From Cyanophora paradoxa CCMP329 (taxonomy: Eukaryota > Plantae > Glaucophyta): 64,000 nucleotides of DNA. A program made the position numbers and the translations under genes. Within the stretch, counting starts at the first letter, position 1; every line of letters starts with the position of its first letter. Under the pieces are notes generated by a model. That model did no database searches, had not been told where the DNA came from, and was given only the letters and a program-made list of their open reading frames with translations. This document shows positions 38,553 through 52,105 of the stretch, piece after piece. The DNA is taken from the NCBI GenBank assembly GCA_004431415.1, contig QPMI01000524.1:1-64000 (forward strand). Reading direction: 5' to 3'.

Positions 38553-41500
38553 AATTGAAGTTCCCACAATGCGCGGCGATCTGACGTTGGTAGGCCGATT
38601 GAAGACGACAGAGTCCGAAGGCGTTCCTGTTCCCGAATATCGCAAGGGTTCGGAGCAAAGTAAAGCCATCGATCGCAAGTTGTGTTCGAATCTATGATGG
38701 CATCGACATCCGATACATCAGACTCGCCGCTGCTCGAACATATGGTCGCCAATGGTACAGGTACCCGCTTGGATTGGCGTCCAGGTTTTCGTGACTTGGG
38801 GTCGCGTAGGACATGGGTGAATATGATATCCGCTGAAGATCGAACGCGACTACAGGCTACATACGCCATGTTATACGAGAATGCACGTGCAAGGTCAACC
38901 ACGATCTTGGGCAAGGTCAGGCCTTGGCATTTATGGATAGTAACAGCCCATGCTAGTCGAAATGGGAACTGTGTACGCGATGGCGTAGGGCTTGTGGTCT
39001 TGGCCTCACTCGTCAGGGCGGGCTGGGTTTCATGTTCCGGCTGGTCTGAATTTGGCGTTTCCTTTGCATGTACAACAGGCTCATTCGAAAGATCGCGTTC
39101 GGAAGGCTCGATTCGTACAGCCTGGTAGTCGACACCTGCAAGCGAAACTTGGACGCGTCCTCGTTTGCGACCGACCTTGTCATCGTCGAATGCGATGTAC
39201 AGTGCGACGGGTGCATTCTTGTCCAAGATTCGGACCGTTGAGGACGACAGTGGAACTGGACCATCGAACTCCCAACCAACCAAGGTTCCGAGGGCTCCAT
39301 TAACCAGCCCGTCGTGTGTATCTTCATTGATGATCATCATTACACGTGAGCCGAGACAAAAAGTGAACTTGGCTGCCAACAGATCACTCTGTTTATTCTG
39401 CAAACTCCAGACTGAGACAAGAAAAAAGATATATAGATCGAACATGGAACAAGTCACGCACGTCAACAGGATCAGCTGGCTTACATGTTTTCGCCTTCTT
39501 GTCGTATTCACCCTCATCGAAAGCCTCCAACGTGATGATCGGTGCTAGGTACCGATGTGATGTTGCGAACAGGCGAGTCTGATTGTAGGAAGCAACTTCC
39601 CTGTTACAAGGGAACACACGCAATGCATTCTGCCAAGCAGGAGAAGACAGCTCAAGCTCCAACTGCGCATACCTCGGCGATTTTCCTGAGGGTCAACGGA
39701 CCTAAAGGCCCACGGTATTTCAGCACGCTTCAAACTCCTACTTGAATGACGCAGACAATATGTAGTCACACCTGGACAGCACGAGACGTTTATCATTATC
39801 GTGGAATTCACCGACACGCAGTCGCAGACAGGTGTCACGCCACATCGTATCACCAGCTTGCCGGACCACTTCGTCGAGAAAAATGGGATGAAATAATGAA
39901 AGCCATAGATGGATATCGTCGATACGGTCGGCATCTTGCTTGAACGTACGCCACATAAGAGGCGACAAAGGACTGTAAATCCGCTTCTCCCGGACAGGAG
40001 GTAGCTGAAAGAAATCCCCGAAACAGATTACGGATTTTCCAGCAAAAGGAGCATCGATCTGAAAGATCTCCTGCAGACGCTGATTGACACGCGGGAAATT
40101 CTTGCCACCTATGAAGCTGATCTCGTCGATGATGATAAGTTCGACGTCCCGGAACTTTGCATTCAATTGGCAGGCTCGTTGTCCAGACAGAGGGTAAAAC
40201 GTGTCCTTTGCGCCGTCTTTAGGAGGGGCACCGAATGCCAGAAGAGTAGAGACGGTGCTACCTCCAATGTTAAACGATGCAACACCAGTCCAGGACATGA
40301 GCAGAACCCCTCCGTTGCCACACGGTTGGGCCATGTTGGCATGATCCCGGCTCCATTGCATCATATATTTTACAATCGTCTTGATTAGGAAAGACTTCCC
40401 TGTACCGCCTGGTCCGACACACGCCACATGTAAGGGTAGTTTGGGAGAGATGGCAGGGAGTTCCACTTGTCGGCAAGCTGGCATCCCGGCATTCGCAGCT
40501 AGCTTTGCATTGTAACTATGCAACCGGAACCAATCAGGTCATTATAATAAAAATAACGAAAGCCAGCACACTCGGATTGAGAGGTGTAGTGTTTTTCGAG
40601 CCGACTAGTCATTTGACGGACGGCAACCATCAGCTCCCGTTGTCGGGGCTTCAATTTCGTTTCCATGTCTGGCAGGCTCATTGAATCAAGATCATGCAAA
40701 TCGACACTTGAATTCGACGTAGCCGGGACGGGTGGCTGAATCGAACTAGGTGGCTCAGAGTTGGCCGCCTCTGGTTCCGAAGGGATAGCAGCCGGTGCAA
40801 TGTTTGGTCCACCACCTTGCGCTCCCGCAGGAGGAACGGAGTCATGAGGGAGCATTTCGGCATCGACCCCCTGGACTCCTTCGGGTGCACGGGGTCGCAC
40901 ATGGGACGTGGATGATGCTGTGCCAGTGGTCGAGCGATTATCATGGTGCAAATCTCTCCCAGCAGCCAATCGCGCATCCCTGTCGAATTTTTGGAGAGAT
41001 CGTTCGAGACGTGCAGCCATATGACAGTGAGTAAACTGTATGTTGTACTCTATAGTTGCACGGTGACGGATGACGGCGGCGGATATAACTTCTGGAGTAA
41101 CGTCATCCTCAGACTCGACCCCCAGCAGATCGCGCAGTTCGTTCCGGAAAGGGACATGCATAAAAAGAAGACTGTACAAGCTGTCCGGATCGCCATCCTT
41201 CGGAACCCGAACCCGAATTGCGCGCGGTCGACGACGCTGTTGCAGCACGTGCCGATGGAAAGGTTTGCCCATCGAGGTCCGTGGACACACGCTGGTAACG
41301 GAAATTTATGATTACCAGTTGTGTGAAATGCAAGGATCCGATTAAAAACAAATATACCCGGAGGCAGCAATTTTGGGTCGAAGTGGTGCTGTTGTCTGCG
41401 GATGTTGTTTCCGGATAGCCTCATTCGACCATGCCGGATTCGGCTCCCAATCATTCAAATTAGTGCCATTGTCCATTCCATCGCAATCCACATCCTCGCT

Positions 41501-44500
41501 TGTGAGATTCGAATCAGGGCCGGCGCCCTTTGGGGCATCACCAAGGAAATGTATGTTGAACCAATTCATGTACTGCATGAATGTCAACGATTCGAATATA
41601 GGTGGCGCATCTAATACATCCATCAGTTCGAACGGTCGTAAAAAAACCACCCCGAAAGCATGCACGTACCAGCAGGGTCTTTGGTGCGAGCCATATAATA
41701 ATCGATCTGATCGTCGGCCCATGCATCTTGATCTTCAGGATTCTTCTGCATCCTGAATTCAAGATCTTTTTTACGACGCAGATGTTTGGTGCGCTTCGAT
41801 GGAAGATAAGCCCCCACTGAGCATGATGTCCTTGATGAATAAAATAAAGGGAGACCTGCCAACAGAAAATGCATATTCAGGTAAATCAAAGTGGAATGAT
41901 ACAATTCAATTAATTCGAAGCCAAGGAAGTATAGGGTACAGACCCAGGCAATATAATCCTGCTTCCTGTTTCGACATTGTCCGACACCCGAGCATAGCAT
42001 TACGCATCTATATGAGGGGTCCCGACAGTCAGCGTCATGTGTAGCAAGGAATCCAGGCACGCGATGCAGCATGCCTTCAGAAGGATCTGATTAGTCGACG
42101 CCTCATCCGGCAAGTCGCTCAATACGGCCTCCACAGCTTTCATCTCCTCCGTCTCATCCTTAGTCATATAGCCGAGAATATACGCGGCTATCTTGTAAGG
42201 GTTCGTCACTACTTGAATATCCATATTGGCCTGCCAGAGCTGGATGATGACGTCGTGAAAGTTATTCGTGTAACGATCGTCCTGCGTTGTTCGCCGGAAG
42301 ATCACCTCCTTGTCACCACGGCACATAAATCGCTCTTCATGCGAACTCCGCAGATGAGTCTTAGAAGCAAACACCTGGGGAAATCCGAAGCGACATTTAC
42401 AGCGCTCCTTGTATTCCGCCATGAACTTCGCAATGCGGGCAGAACGGGCGACGTGCTCAGAAGGTGCTGCTTTTTCCATAGCGGCCAACTGGTCGTCGAG
42501 GACGCTATTGCGGGCCGAATCCAGAAGGGGGTCATGTAGTTCCGCACTGTCATCTACCGTAGGCAATTTCCGATGACGTCGAAACTTAAAGGAAGCAGCA
42601 GGATCGATCCTGCAAGTATGAGAGTGTTTATGTCGATTGAAACGGGCAACGTAATTCTGTAAACGAGGTGTTGCCCATGGTTGAGCGAAAGGCCCTTCCG
42701 TTCGAGGTTGCTGAAGTTGAATCGTCGGTTCGCGTACACATGAACGGGGGCAGAGTAAAAAATGAGGAAATCGAATGACTCACCTCGGTTTTGACGACTG
42801 TATCAAGCCACTCACAAACTTGCTCGGCATTGAACGTGGGATCCGAAGGGTCCAAGTTCGGTGGCGGTGTTGTCACACCATCTCGGATGCGCTCACCCAA
42901 CCAGATTACCAAATGAGCATGCAGCGATCCACGACTCTGTACCTCATACCTTCGATTACATTATTGGCGAGAATTAAGTACGGTATGAACCTAACCGCGA
43001 ACCGGACAAAGAAATCAACCACCGGCCAACCAAATAAGACCTCCCCCGCCTCCGATTGGAAGAGATCAAGCATGGCACGGACACGCTCGTCGAAATGTTC
43101 AGCCACGATTCCAGGGTTATCGTTCAGCAATTTAACAACCTCGTCACGATTCGCAGTGAACGCCGTTACATCTGCACTGGACCGGAAACGAATAGGATCG
43201 ATTGCACGCAATAAGTCCGGCCAATGAAGGTCGTCGCTGGAGAGAGTCATGTAGATATGAGGAAATCCAATCGTAGTGAACATGCTGTGTAATTTATTTC
43301 TCGCGTTGATCCAATACGCGGCTGTACCGCGCACCTAATTGAACACCACTTTGGTCAGCACAGCAGAGGCAGTAATATATACAAGGGCAAAGACGTGAAC
43401 GTGCGTTACGTGTCATTGTACGGTAGCACCGCGTACGAATGGCCAAAGCGTCGAGGGAATGGTCTTCCACAGTACTGTTTATTAAATTTAATGCGTCGGC
43501 AACAGTCAAGGGGGCATTGGAAGCGACATTGTGGGTGTCACGATTATCGGTTGACATAGCATTGACTATATGATCCCGCACAAAATTGAATCCACGCCAT
43601 GCATCATCATCCAATATAATTGACACGGAATTCAGAAGAGCAGCAGGATCTCGCTGGAAGGGAGCAGATGATGCTGCAAGGCATCGGTGTGAAAAAAATT
43701 CACGGGCCGTGAGTTCGATTGGCCTGGCGGGATCATGCAGGCCGTGCGTGCCTGAAGTAACTAACTTAATCTCGGGCGGCACGGTTTCAAATAGCAAATA
43801 GCTTACCTGTAGGATAAACTGACAAGAAGGAGCAGACGTCTGTTTCGGGCGCATGCGCACGGATAATACGGCCGGCGTTTACAGGGAGAGTGCTAAGCGA
43901 AGTTCCTTTCAGATTCACGGCGACAGAAGGGCAGATCGGACGGTTCAGAGGCGAGGAGTCAGAGACTCCGTCATCCGAATCATCACTATCCGAATCATCG
44001 GCCTCGCGTGGGTTAACGACATTGTCAGTAGTTCCAGCATTCCATTTCTCAATTTCGGCCAGTAGCTCGGGATCGGTTGGATCACGCAATAGAATATTCT
44101 GATAATACAGGTGCTTGGTGGTATTCCGCAGGCATTCGAGAACTTCGAAGCAGCGATCCAGCCTAACGCGGTTGTACCAAGTCTCTCCACCTTTCGGCTT
44201 TCGTTGATTCACCAAGCAAACCTTCCCTCTTGGTGGAAGTGGGAAAATTGCTTTGATATTGTTGATGGGGTTGCAGGGTACAAAAATCACTCGTCCTTGA
44301 GAACCTAGTTGCCCTCCACCCATCCTGCGACCATTCTGCCCTTTTGGTCCTCGAACATGAATTAACTGAGATAGCATACGAAATTACATGACGGTAAATG
44401 AGAGTGACAAATAGATATCACCTGATAGTTATTAACCCGCTGACACATCAGCAATTCCGGGTACGTTAAATCAGACAAAAGACGTCGCGTACTTTCATCG

Positions 44501-45520
44501 ACCTCCACACAGTGCAGACGATTCTGGACAAAATCTGCTTTAGCCGGGTGTGTCGATAAGTATCCAATAACACATACCAAGCGCGAGAAGGGGCAGAAAG
44601 GTCGTTCCGGAGTGCATTGAAAAGCATGGCACCGGGTACAAAATTCGACACTTGCCTGATCAACGGGTATTCCATGCAGACGCAATACTGAACACGGTTG
44701 ACAGCACACATCTGTAAGTACACACTGACAACTCGATTCATGATGTCGTAGCGGTGAAGCATTCCCAGAAGACACACATTGGCAGCGAATGACATGCAAT
44801 TTATCTGACCGCCTTGACTCTGTGCAGCAGCTACACAGTCGCCGGATGCAGTATAGCTTGAGAAAAATAACCTGGCAGCATCCTTTAATGCTTGGTTTGA
44901 AATCTCGTTCCAGAACTGAATCGGTTCATAGCTGATGCAAGCATATGCATGAGAAGTAGACGTGCGTACACGGAAACGCAAACTTACTCGGACAATAAGG
45001 TGGCGAAATCCGTGTGAAGTTCCAAGAGACGTTCAGTCTTGTTGCGCCTGCTACGACTTGCACTCTTCGCGTGTTCCGAGGGTCTGAGAGGATTCGACGC
45101 ATGGCGAGCTGCAGGAAAAATAAAACAGAGATAAACGGACATGAAAAGAAAATTCAAATGTCACCCCGCACGTACCCGAATCATAATCACGCAATAATTG
45201 CCTGTCAGAGTCAGGGAGCGCATTTCTCAGGCGACCACGGTACGAATTCTCTGAAAAAGCGCCCGTCATGCCAGTTCACTAAGGGTTGCAAGTTCTAATA
45301 AACACTCACTTGTTTGTCTGCTAGGCTGGGTCGATCGGTGAGCTATAGACCGATGGGCCTCCCAACAAGGACGATCAGCGAGTACGGTGCCACACAGACC
45401 ACATGGAAATTTGTCGTCCAGTGTAATATCGTGGGCACCAGCCAAGTGGTATCGCCATTCATTCTCGGTCCGAAATGCAGCCCTGCATGAGGCGGCACCG
45501 ACACAACGGTACGCAAACTA
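38411..45520 (-). CDS. Helitron2/Helentron-type RepHel (C2H2 fingers, DUF6570-like, HUH-Y2 Rep, PIF1 helicase); multi-exon, start upstream and uncertain
   Basis: Rep motifs: RGTAAYW...GFPHIYMTLSSDDLHWPDL; spliced YEVQSRGSLHAHLVIW (~42900-42950); WQANMDIQ...YILGYMTK. PIF1 motifs: GPGGTGKS, IIIDEISF, GDFFQLPPV, VVRQAGD, GLVNGALG, QFPFRLAWAVTIHKCQGLTL, YVACSRV. Confidence 0.96.
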
Positions 45521-46293
45521 TAAAAAAGATGCACGCAAATTAGCGAGAGGCAAACGGTCCGAAACAAAAATACCACTTGCATGTTGAGCTGGGGTTGCAT
45601 GCACGAATCGATGGAGAAGAGGCGGAGTTGATAAAGAAGACTGCGACAGATGGCACGGTCTAGGTGCAATTTTAGGAAAACGTTGCACCTAACATGGCAG
45701 CGACGTTACACCGGAATATAATACCCATATTATTCAGCACGCACAATTTCGAGAAAACGTGAGGGCGTGAATGATGAAGAACCCGGTAGAGGGTTATAGG
45801 CAAATTGCACATCGGGCGGTGCAGCCCCTGCCATGAATATATTGACTCGTTCAACCTGCGTCGACAAATGTAAGAACATTCCACGTCTCCACGCAACAGC
45901 ACATATTCGGCAGCAGCGCGCAGAGGGCCTCCGAGATCTTGACACGATACGCACGGGCCAAATTCGAGGACGCGCCCCCGGCCGCGAGAAGCCCTTGCGT
46001 CTAAAGCCTGCAACGCGTACGCTCTCGGCGCCCTGCCTCGGCAGGAAGGGACGTACAGCGGCGCACGCGACGGGAGCACCAGGGCGACGTGCGGCCGTCA
46101 AGGACACACCGCCGGCCGAAAGTCCACGATGGTCCACGTGTACCAGGGTAGCTGAGCACGCTAGACGCCAACTGGGGATGCAGTTCCTAAAGAAGATGCT
46201 AGGCGGCAAGACTAACCGTACTAATTCAACGACCACCCACAGGGGTATCGCATAAAAAACACAGTAGTTGGAAGCAGCACCAGCTATATTAAG

Positions 46294-46878
46294 ATGTCTA
46301 GCGGGAAGACGATCGCCATATCCAAGGACCTTGTCGCAAACGCGACGCAATACGCACAGAGAGCATACGATAGCGTATTACGGGATGTTAGACAGGATGC
46401 CGTTGCCAATCTCGGAGACTTCCCCTCGGAATGCAGGGCCGACCTCGTAGAGCTGGAATACACAGCATTGCAGTTAACCGGCAAGCGGCTGATCACGAAT
46501 CGACAGTTCAATCGACTCGTATGGGCGGCGGAGGTGTACGCGCAGTTCGCCGAAGTTGACCGGTGTCTGCAAGCAGAAGCTATGGAGATTAAGCGTGACA
46601 ACGAGCCTAGTCAGTTCTGCGGCGTATTAAGCGTCTCCCCCTTTTCAGCCGGGACACGATGGCGAGTGCTAGCTTTGAAACGGAAGTGGAATTGGAAACT
46701 GAAGGCGACTGACGAGAAACACGTGGAAGCAGCGGCAGCTCAAGATCGGGACATCGAAGATCTGGAAATATACGCAACAGTATCAGAGGCAATCGCTGCA
46801 GTGGAGACTAGGATCGCAGATATTGAACGCGGAGGGCAACGAGCAGCGGGGACTGTAATAAGGCTGGTGGGTTGGTAA
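46294..46878 (+). CDS. hypothetical helical protein, divergent from RepHel
   Basis: 194-aa ATG ORF with natural composition; may continue in further exons. Confidence 0.45.
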   Translation: MSSGKTIAISKDLVANATQYAQRAYDSVLRDVRQDAVANLGDFPSECRADLVELEYTALQLTGKRLITNRQFNRLVWAAEVYAQFAEVDRCLQAEAMEIKRDNEPSQFCGVLSVSPFSAGTRWRVLALKRKWNWKLKATDEKHVEAAAAQDRDIEDLEIYATVSEAIAAVETRIADIERGGQRAAGTVIRLVGW

Positions 46879-47394
46879 GCATGAATTATCTGTACATGAA
46901 CACAATAACGTATGCGTGGATTTGAACTGAAACATGCAATCGGATGCAGTGAGGAGTGTTTGGAGGTCCGGAGAAAAAAGAAGAGCGCGTGGGGAAAATG
47001 CAGCAAGCATGCAATTACACGGGACCAAACCTCCAAGATTGACAGTACAAATTGTAGGCAGTAACTACCAGTTGTTCAGCAGGAATTAATATACATCATT
47101 CTAAGATGATATCCAACTCTAACTGGTGAACTTGCAAGGCAGATTCCAGAGCCTGGCAGATGCAAGGCAGTGGCATGGCAGCAGACGAACATGAGAGATG
47201 CCACAGTGCAGGTTCCGCAAGCCAGAAGCAGGTATATATACGGAAGGAACGAAGGGCGGGGGGCCAACTGGATGCATATGCGGGTTGGATAGAGGCAGGG
47301 AGAATTAGGGAAGCTGAAGGAAAATGCGATGTAAGATGTAAGAAACGCGTGTGTAAGAAACACTCATCGACAAAATTGGGCGAACCTGGAGCGA

Positions 47395-49444
47395 TCAGTC
47401 GTCAAGTACTATTTCGTCGACGACCTCGAAAGGGTGGTAGCCGGCTCGTGACCGAGACATCTCTTCGACGAGGACGGTAATACGAAGCGCGAGCCGGGCG
47501 GATCGATCGAGGATGGCAGCGAGAGTCTCAGAGGCGCCCATGGCTGCCGCGTGCACCGCCTTGACCGAATCCTCATCGGCCCACTGGATGATGTGAGAGG
47601 CACGGTTGCAGATGCTGGTGACCGACCGGAGCCCCTGCTGTATGTCGGCCACAAGGCCGCTGCGCTGAGACCGAGCAGCGAGAAATGCCTGGAAGTGGCC
47701 GGCCACCGCGCGCGTCACAGTGACAACTCCAGCGACCGATGGCGTGTCGTAGAAGACCTCGGCGAGACTGTTGGACGCACCGAACGCTGCAGCAGCTGCA
47801 GAAGCTGCATACAGTGGAATACGGCGGGAGGACAAGAGGAGGCCACCGACAAGCCCGAGAGCGGCAAGCCGAGGGCAGTTGCGGGCGACTTGTGCTATAG
47901 AGCTGACCAGAATGCCGTGCACTTCAGGCGCGGGGGCCGCTATAGGAATCACGAGGCGCTCGAGGGTGTCCGATGAGAGGCGCATAGCAAAGTCCGATAC
48001 GAGACGCGTATTGTACTTGTGATCGAAGATGCGATGAGCAGAAAGGTCGAGGGATACAAGATATTTGAGATTGTGGATGAGGTCGGCGACGTGGATGAGT
48101 TTCTCGGGCAGCACGGGGCTGCGCAGAACCTCGAGGGACCACGGTAGGTAGTTAACATCTATGCACCCGCCGGGTACTGACGGGATCGAGTTCTCAAAGT
48201 GAGTAATGTGATTCTGCAGATGGTCGTCCATCCACTCAAAATCAAACAGACTGCGGAGATTGACACGCATGGTTGACGGGGCCGCCACTGCCGGCGACGG
48301 CACCACGTGCGTGCGCGAAGCCCATGACTCGTAATCACCAAAGATGTCGAAGCTGACCATCGGAGAGTCGCACTCAAATGTGATCTCGACGGGCGCTCGC
48401 AACAACGGAGGTATGAAGTACAGCCCCTCGTGTGCATGACCCACGGGAAGGGACCCTCGGACGATAACCGACCGAGCATCGAGCCGCGACTCGACGAAGT
48501 GACAGCTGTTGGTTGCGCACTGGTACGCAATGGCGCCCGTAGATATCTCGAGCCGGTCAAGGAAGAACGGACCAAGGACCAGCCTCCGAATCTGCGACGA
48601 GTGCATGTGATTAAAATGCAGGATCACTTGTAAAAGTAGAACAGGAGTAAATTTCGCTGTTGCTTCAAAGATACCAGCGATGAGACGGCGAACCTATCAA
48701 CATAGCAGGAGCGGGGGGCAGTGGTGCCAGGCAGCGGCAAAGGCTTGAAATGCAGAGCGTCCAGGCCTTCGAGCTCATTGGATGCCAGATCATCAAAGAC
48801 GAGCACCTTGGCCGACGTGTTCTTGGCGACGACGTACCATTTGCCGTGCACGGGGCGCGCGTTCCCGGGTGGGCGGCGCTAGTGGACAGGGCGAGTGACC
48901 ACTGATCTGCCGGGATGGCTGCTGGCCCATCGAAATCGGAAGGCCGAAAAGATTCGTTGACGATAACGTCCAAGAACTTCGCGATGTACGGATGCCGACG
49001 GGGCGGGACGTCGAAGATGCGCGATACGACGCGGAGTAGGCTGCTCTTGCCAGAGAGGAGGTGGTGGACCCAGCGACCGAGGAAGGCAAGAATAGGCGCG
49101 GTGTGCTGTTCACTAGAAAGGGGCTCCGCAGGGTTGACGTAGCCGACGTCGCGGAGCGCCGCGTCGAGGTCGAGAACGACGCCGCGCTTCCCGTGATAAG
49201 GGACCACGGACGACGACGACATGAAAATACTGCGGGCCCGCCGATGCGTGTGTGCGAACGCCACAGCCGAACGGGGGTCTGATCCGAGGTGACGCATGAT
49301 TTCGGCCATCACCAGGTCTGGGAGCCCGTCCAGAGGAGAGAACCTGGAACGGATAGTGGTCGTGTGATAATCAGTCCGTACGCGCTCAGCGGCCGGAGGT
49401 GGTCGGGTGCGGGGCGCTGGAGGCATAGGGTGGGGTAGAAGCAA
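47395..49444 (-). CDS. F-box/LRR protein, multi-exon
   Basis: F-box SPLDGLPDLVMAEIMRHLGSDPRSAVAFAHTHRRAR; LRRs LKYLVSLDLS, TLERLVI and VARNCPRLAALGL in a 410-aa terminal ORF. Confidence 0.65.
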
Positions 49445-51150
49445 AGAGTGCAGTCTGGAAGCGTGGGCCTGGGCTTGAGGGTGACGGGGAGTTGAAGGGG
49501 GGCGGCCGGGACGAGGAGCTGGAGGGCAGCAAGGGGAAGGGGTCTGGGTGCGGCAGAGCAGGTTGATGGAAGACTCGGCCCGGGCGGGCGAGCAAAGACG
49601 ACGGGGGCGAACAGCGGAGCACAGGGAGGGTTTGAAAGGCCCATTTGGAGTTTCGGTGAGGGCTTTAAACTAATATTCGAAGTACAGTCCAACAGTGCGC
49701 ACGTGCACGGCTCCGCGGCCGCCGGAGCGACATCCGGATCCGCCGGGAAGACTCTCGCTGGATCTTCAGAAGGAGGACACGCCGTGCCAGACGTAGAAGC
49801 AGATACAGGGGCATCAGCTGAAGAGAACCTGCTGAGCGATGAGCACAGCCGAATTTCGGACAACCGTCTAGCTGCATGCGCCATGCTAGCTGGATGCACG
49901 TGCGCACCCAATCGGCAAATCCGGAGGTGATGCAGCTGCTCCTGCAGATGGGGCATCTGTGGCTCACCTAAACGCAGCTGCAGATCCATGGGGGACAGAA
50001 TAAAGGGGCGGACCGGGCAAGCTGTTCGTAGTGCGATTCGCAGGTCGACCACGCTTTGAGGGAGGCCTGCGAGCGAGATTGTGCAGCGTGTCGAGACGGA
50101 CTGAGCGGTAGGGCGCATGGCGGGGCGCGCAGCGTGCAGCGCACCCTACGGGGACGCGAACATCGGCGATGGGATTTGCTTCAACGTCCGTCGACTCCGT
50201 AGACTTCGGTTTGCAATGGCGGGCCCTGCGGCAACGAGAGTAGACAAAGTACATGAGTGCGTGCGGAACAAGACGAACAGGCCCGATTCAGGCGCGCGGG
50301 CACCGAGTCTTCACCATGACCGCGCGTCCGATGGCTACAGGTGAGAACGGCCGGGCGACGGCAGATTTTTGTAATATGCCGATCAGCCGCAGAGGAGGCC
50401 TGATTAGCACGGGGGGGTATCATTAAGGCGGCAAAACTGGCAATAGAAACCGGCTGCGATCCGGCGGCGAAACAGCCGTAGGGAGAGCAGACCCACCTGT
50501 TAAATTGGACGGGTACGTGCGGCCAGGTAGACATGAGCCGCCGATGATCTGCAGATTCGTGCACAGTCGCTGACCTGGCTGTAAGCGCGACGGCGAAGCG
50601 CGAGCTCGGCGCCTGCAATAAAACTACATGGAAGGATGCGGTGCTACATCTGGTGACCCCCAGGGTGCGGGCTGTCACACGCACGACCGGCGAAAGCGCG
50701 CGCCGCTGTCAGAGGAAAATTAATTCGGTGCACAAACAGAGTACACGATTGACACGGAAGATCACAAGTTCCCTTCGGAAGTCCCAGTGATGCGGGAGAG
50801 CACTTCGCGCGCAGCGCCGACTTCCGAACTTGGCACAACGGACAATACGGTGACTGTGTACGTTCATATATGGCTTCCGAATAACAAACATTCACTTATA
50901 ATAATGCTCAGGATCGAAGAAGCACGAGAAAGCATCGATAATTCAAATCCATCGCCAAGCCACGTGACGACCTCGGACGACAATTCTGGTGGGTATATAC
51001 CCTATAAATCAGAAGTCATGTGGATATGGTGCACTAAACCAAATTGTCATGTCAGCCCCGCCCCGAATTCTGCAGCGGCGGCTACTTATATAATAAAATA
51101 TATTTGACATGACAGAAAGCACCGCAGCCCCCTAATCAACAGTCCTATAG

Positions 51151-52105
51151 CTAGTAGTCTTCAGACGAATCATATCCACATACATGGTCATCGCAGCAGT
51201 CCATTTCATTGCAGCAGAGACGATTGCAGATTTCGCCGCGGTCCTTGCCGTGTGTAAGGTCCTCTCCTGGCGCTGCTGGTGGTGCATGTCTCTCATTCCT
51301 GGCACGAGGATCGCCGTATCCCCGATAATGAATGTTCCGCTTCAGAATCCGCCGACAGCGTATAACTGTGTGATTGGGGCAGAAGGTTGTGACAAAGAAG
51401 TAATCAAGCGCGCCCATGCGGGCATGAGCCCATGTTCGATCGGTACAGACATCGCATTTTATCATCTCGCTGCTATGTTCCTCACAGTAGAGGCTGCACA
51501 ACAAGGGCGTCAGCTCCCGTCAGATATGTTGGTTTTGTGAGTAGGGTTGCAATTGAACACTTAAACGTCAGATATACACCACGCGAACCTGCCACAATCT
51601 TCCGATGAGCAACGGTATACCGTATGCTGACGACCGCAAGTACTGGCCATGGAGGGTTCGTGCAAGTCGTCATTGCAGAAAAGAATAGGACAGCCAGTGA
51701 CGGATGAACACTGAGCAGCAGGGCACGGTCCGTACGCATGTGCACACGCGACGGCAATCTCATCCCCGGAACACGCTGCAGTCGAAGTAGGAGGTGGAAC
51801 GGCTTCAGCTGACGGCACCATTACTATATGCTGGATCGAAATAACGTACCCCAAACGGGTACCCTAGTCGCTTCATGGCTCAGATCCATACATGACCCAG
51901 GCTCCATGCATCTACTTAAGCTTGCCTGCGAGCATGCCGGGCTTGCCGCCCGCTCTTCCTCCGCCTAGCCCCCGCCCTTGCCCTTTGCCCCCCCTGCCCC
52001 GGCCCCCGCCCCCTCCTCCCCCACCGCCGCCGCATCCTCATCGTCCGCGGTCCTTGCCGCAAGGAGAGTGCCGCGGCGGGGGCCGGGAGGCCCGGCGGCT
52101 TTCAT
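51151..52105 (-). CDS. cysteine-rich orphan protein, multi-exon
   Basis: Consecutive Cys/His-rich ORFs (51561-51854 and 51151-51504: CEEH, CDVC, FCPNH, CNRLCC...CCDDHVC). Confidence 0.4.

Larger units (their letters stand above)
35800..45700 (-). mobile_element. Helitron-like rolling-circle element (minimum extent; termini not found)
   Basis: RepHel plus the adjacent OTU, RPA-like and dNK genes with very short intergenic gaps. Confidence 0.75.
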
